From positions 1 through 64,000 of IMG/VR virus record IMGVR_UViG_3300033149_004458: 64,000 nt of DNA; one strand, given 5' to 3'. Under the pieces are notes generated by a model. That model ran no database searches. It had not been told where the DNA came from and saw only the letters and a list, made by a program, of their open reading frames with translations. Both the position numbers and the translations under genes were made by a program. The stretch is from a virus. Shown here piece by piece: positions 63,298-64,000 of the stretch (position 1 is the stretch's first letter; each line of letters begins with the position of its first letter).

Positions 63298-63963
63298 ATG
63301 AAAGCCAAGAGTAAATCAGAAGGCGACAAGAGGCTGTATAAGATTATCTATGCAGACCCACCTTGGAGATATAAGAATTGGTCTATGTCTGAGCTTGCCC
63401 AACGTGGTGAGAAGTGGGCCAGGCGGATGGGTAGAAGCCCTTATGATGTCATGGACACAGAGGATATTTGTAAACTTCCTGTTGGGGAATTAGCTGCTAA
63501 AGATTGTGTTCTTTTTCTTTGGGTTACAGACCCAAAGCTTGAGGAGGCTTTCAAAGTTATTAATGCATGGGGATTTAGCTACCGAACGGTTGCATTTACG
63601 TGGGTTAAGACGAACAAGAAACGCGGTCTTGCCCCATTAGGAGAACATTTAGGCGCTTTAATGGCTTATGGCCTAGAGGGATACTTTGATTGGTTGTTTT
63701 GCTTCGGGCTCGGTTTCTGGACAAGGGCAAATCCAGAAATGTGCTTACTTGCTACACGGGGACACCCGAAGAGAGTTAGCAACAAGGTACAACAGCTATG
63801 TATTGCTCCAAGAAGAGATCACAGTAGAAAGCCTGATGAGATAAGAGACAGAATAGTTGAATTGTGTGGAGATTTACCTAGAATTGAATTATTTGCCAGG
63901 CCCCCAATTCCCGAAGGATGGGACGTTTGGGGAGATGAAGTAGAAAGTGATGTAATTCTATGA
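63298..63963 (+). CDS. MT-A70 family N6-adenine methyltransferase
   Basis: IYADPPW, LFLWVT, WGF.Y..FTWVK, HSRKP, RIELFAR. Confidence 0.9.
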   Translation: MKAKSKSEGDKRLYKIIYADPPWRYKNWSMSELAQRGEKWARRMGRSPYDVMDTEDICKLPVGELAAKDCVLFLWVTDPKLEEAFKVINAWGFSYRTVAFTWVKTNKKRGLAPLGEHLGALMAYGLEGYFDWLFCFGLGFWTRANPEMCLLATRGHPKRVSNKVQQLCIAPRRDHSRKPDEIRDRIVELCGDLPRIELFARPPIPEGWDVWGDEVESDVIL

Positions 63964-64000
63964 AAGACACAATTAGATATAGAAAGGAAAATAGACTGGT

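Noticed and set aside
3067-63963. Numerous antisense or overlapping track ORFs (e.g. 3871-4479, 24134-24736, 38527-39081, 53637-54242)
   Set aside because: They are shadows of well-supported genes on the opposite strand.
1-64000. Stop-codon reassignment suggested by tRNA-Trp and minigenes
   Set aside because: The anticodon is the standard CCA, and long genes are intact and end in TAA, TAG and TGA.

Overview
The window is a 64-kb piece of a tailed dsDNA phage genome with a siphovirus-like tail: tube, chaperone frameshift and tape measure, but no sheath. No integrase, host housekeeping genes or prophage boundary are visible. Layout: (1) 1-2.5 kb, + strand, small promoter-gene-terminator cassettes separated by repeated intergenic modules. 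(2) 2.8-42.5 kb, - strand, a packaging, head, tail, adhesin and lysis operon. A six-enzyme glycan-modification cluster (3 glycosyltransferase genes, 2 methyltransferases, 1 AlkP-family enzyme) is inserted between its head-joining genes. (3) 42.5-52 kb, - strand, small accessory genes with an Rnl2-type RNA ligase, a phosphoesterase, tRNA-Trp and an orphan DNA methylase. (4) An AT-rich divergence region at 52.1-52.4 kb. (5) 52.4-64 kb, + strand, a replication/recombination module: PolA, RecA, SSB-like, DnaD-like, DnaB, resolvase, Cas4-like nuclease, primase, deaminase and MT-A70. The lysin-like protein resembles Chloroflexota (Anaerolineae) proteins as I recall them, so that host is inferred, not shown. 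The most striking element is a 72-nt RNA gene at 46109-46180 that looks like the tRNA-like domain of tmRNA with the whole tag/mRNA domain removed. It sits next to tRNA-Trp and RNA-repair enzymes, in a 217-bp unit bounded by direct repeats. All calls come from motif reading only; no database searches were run.
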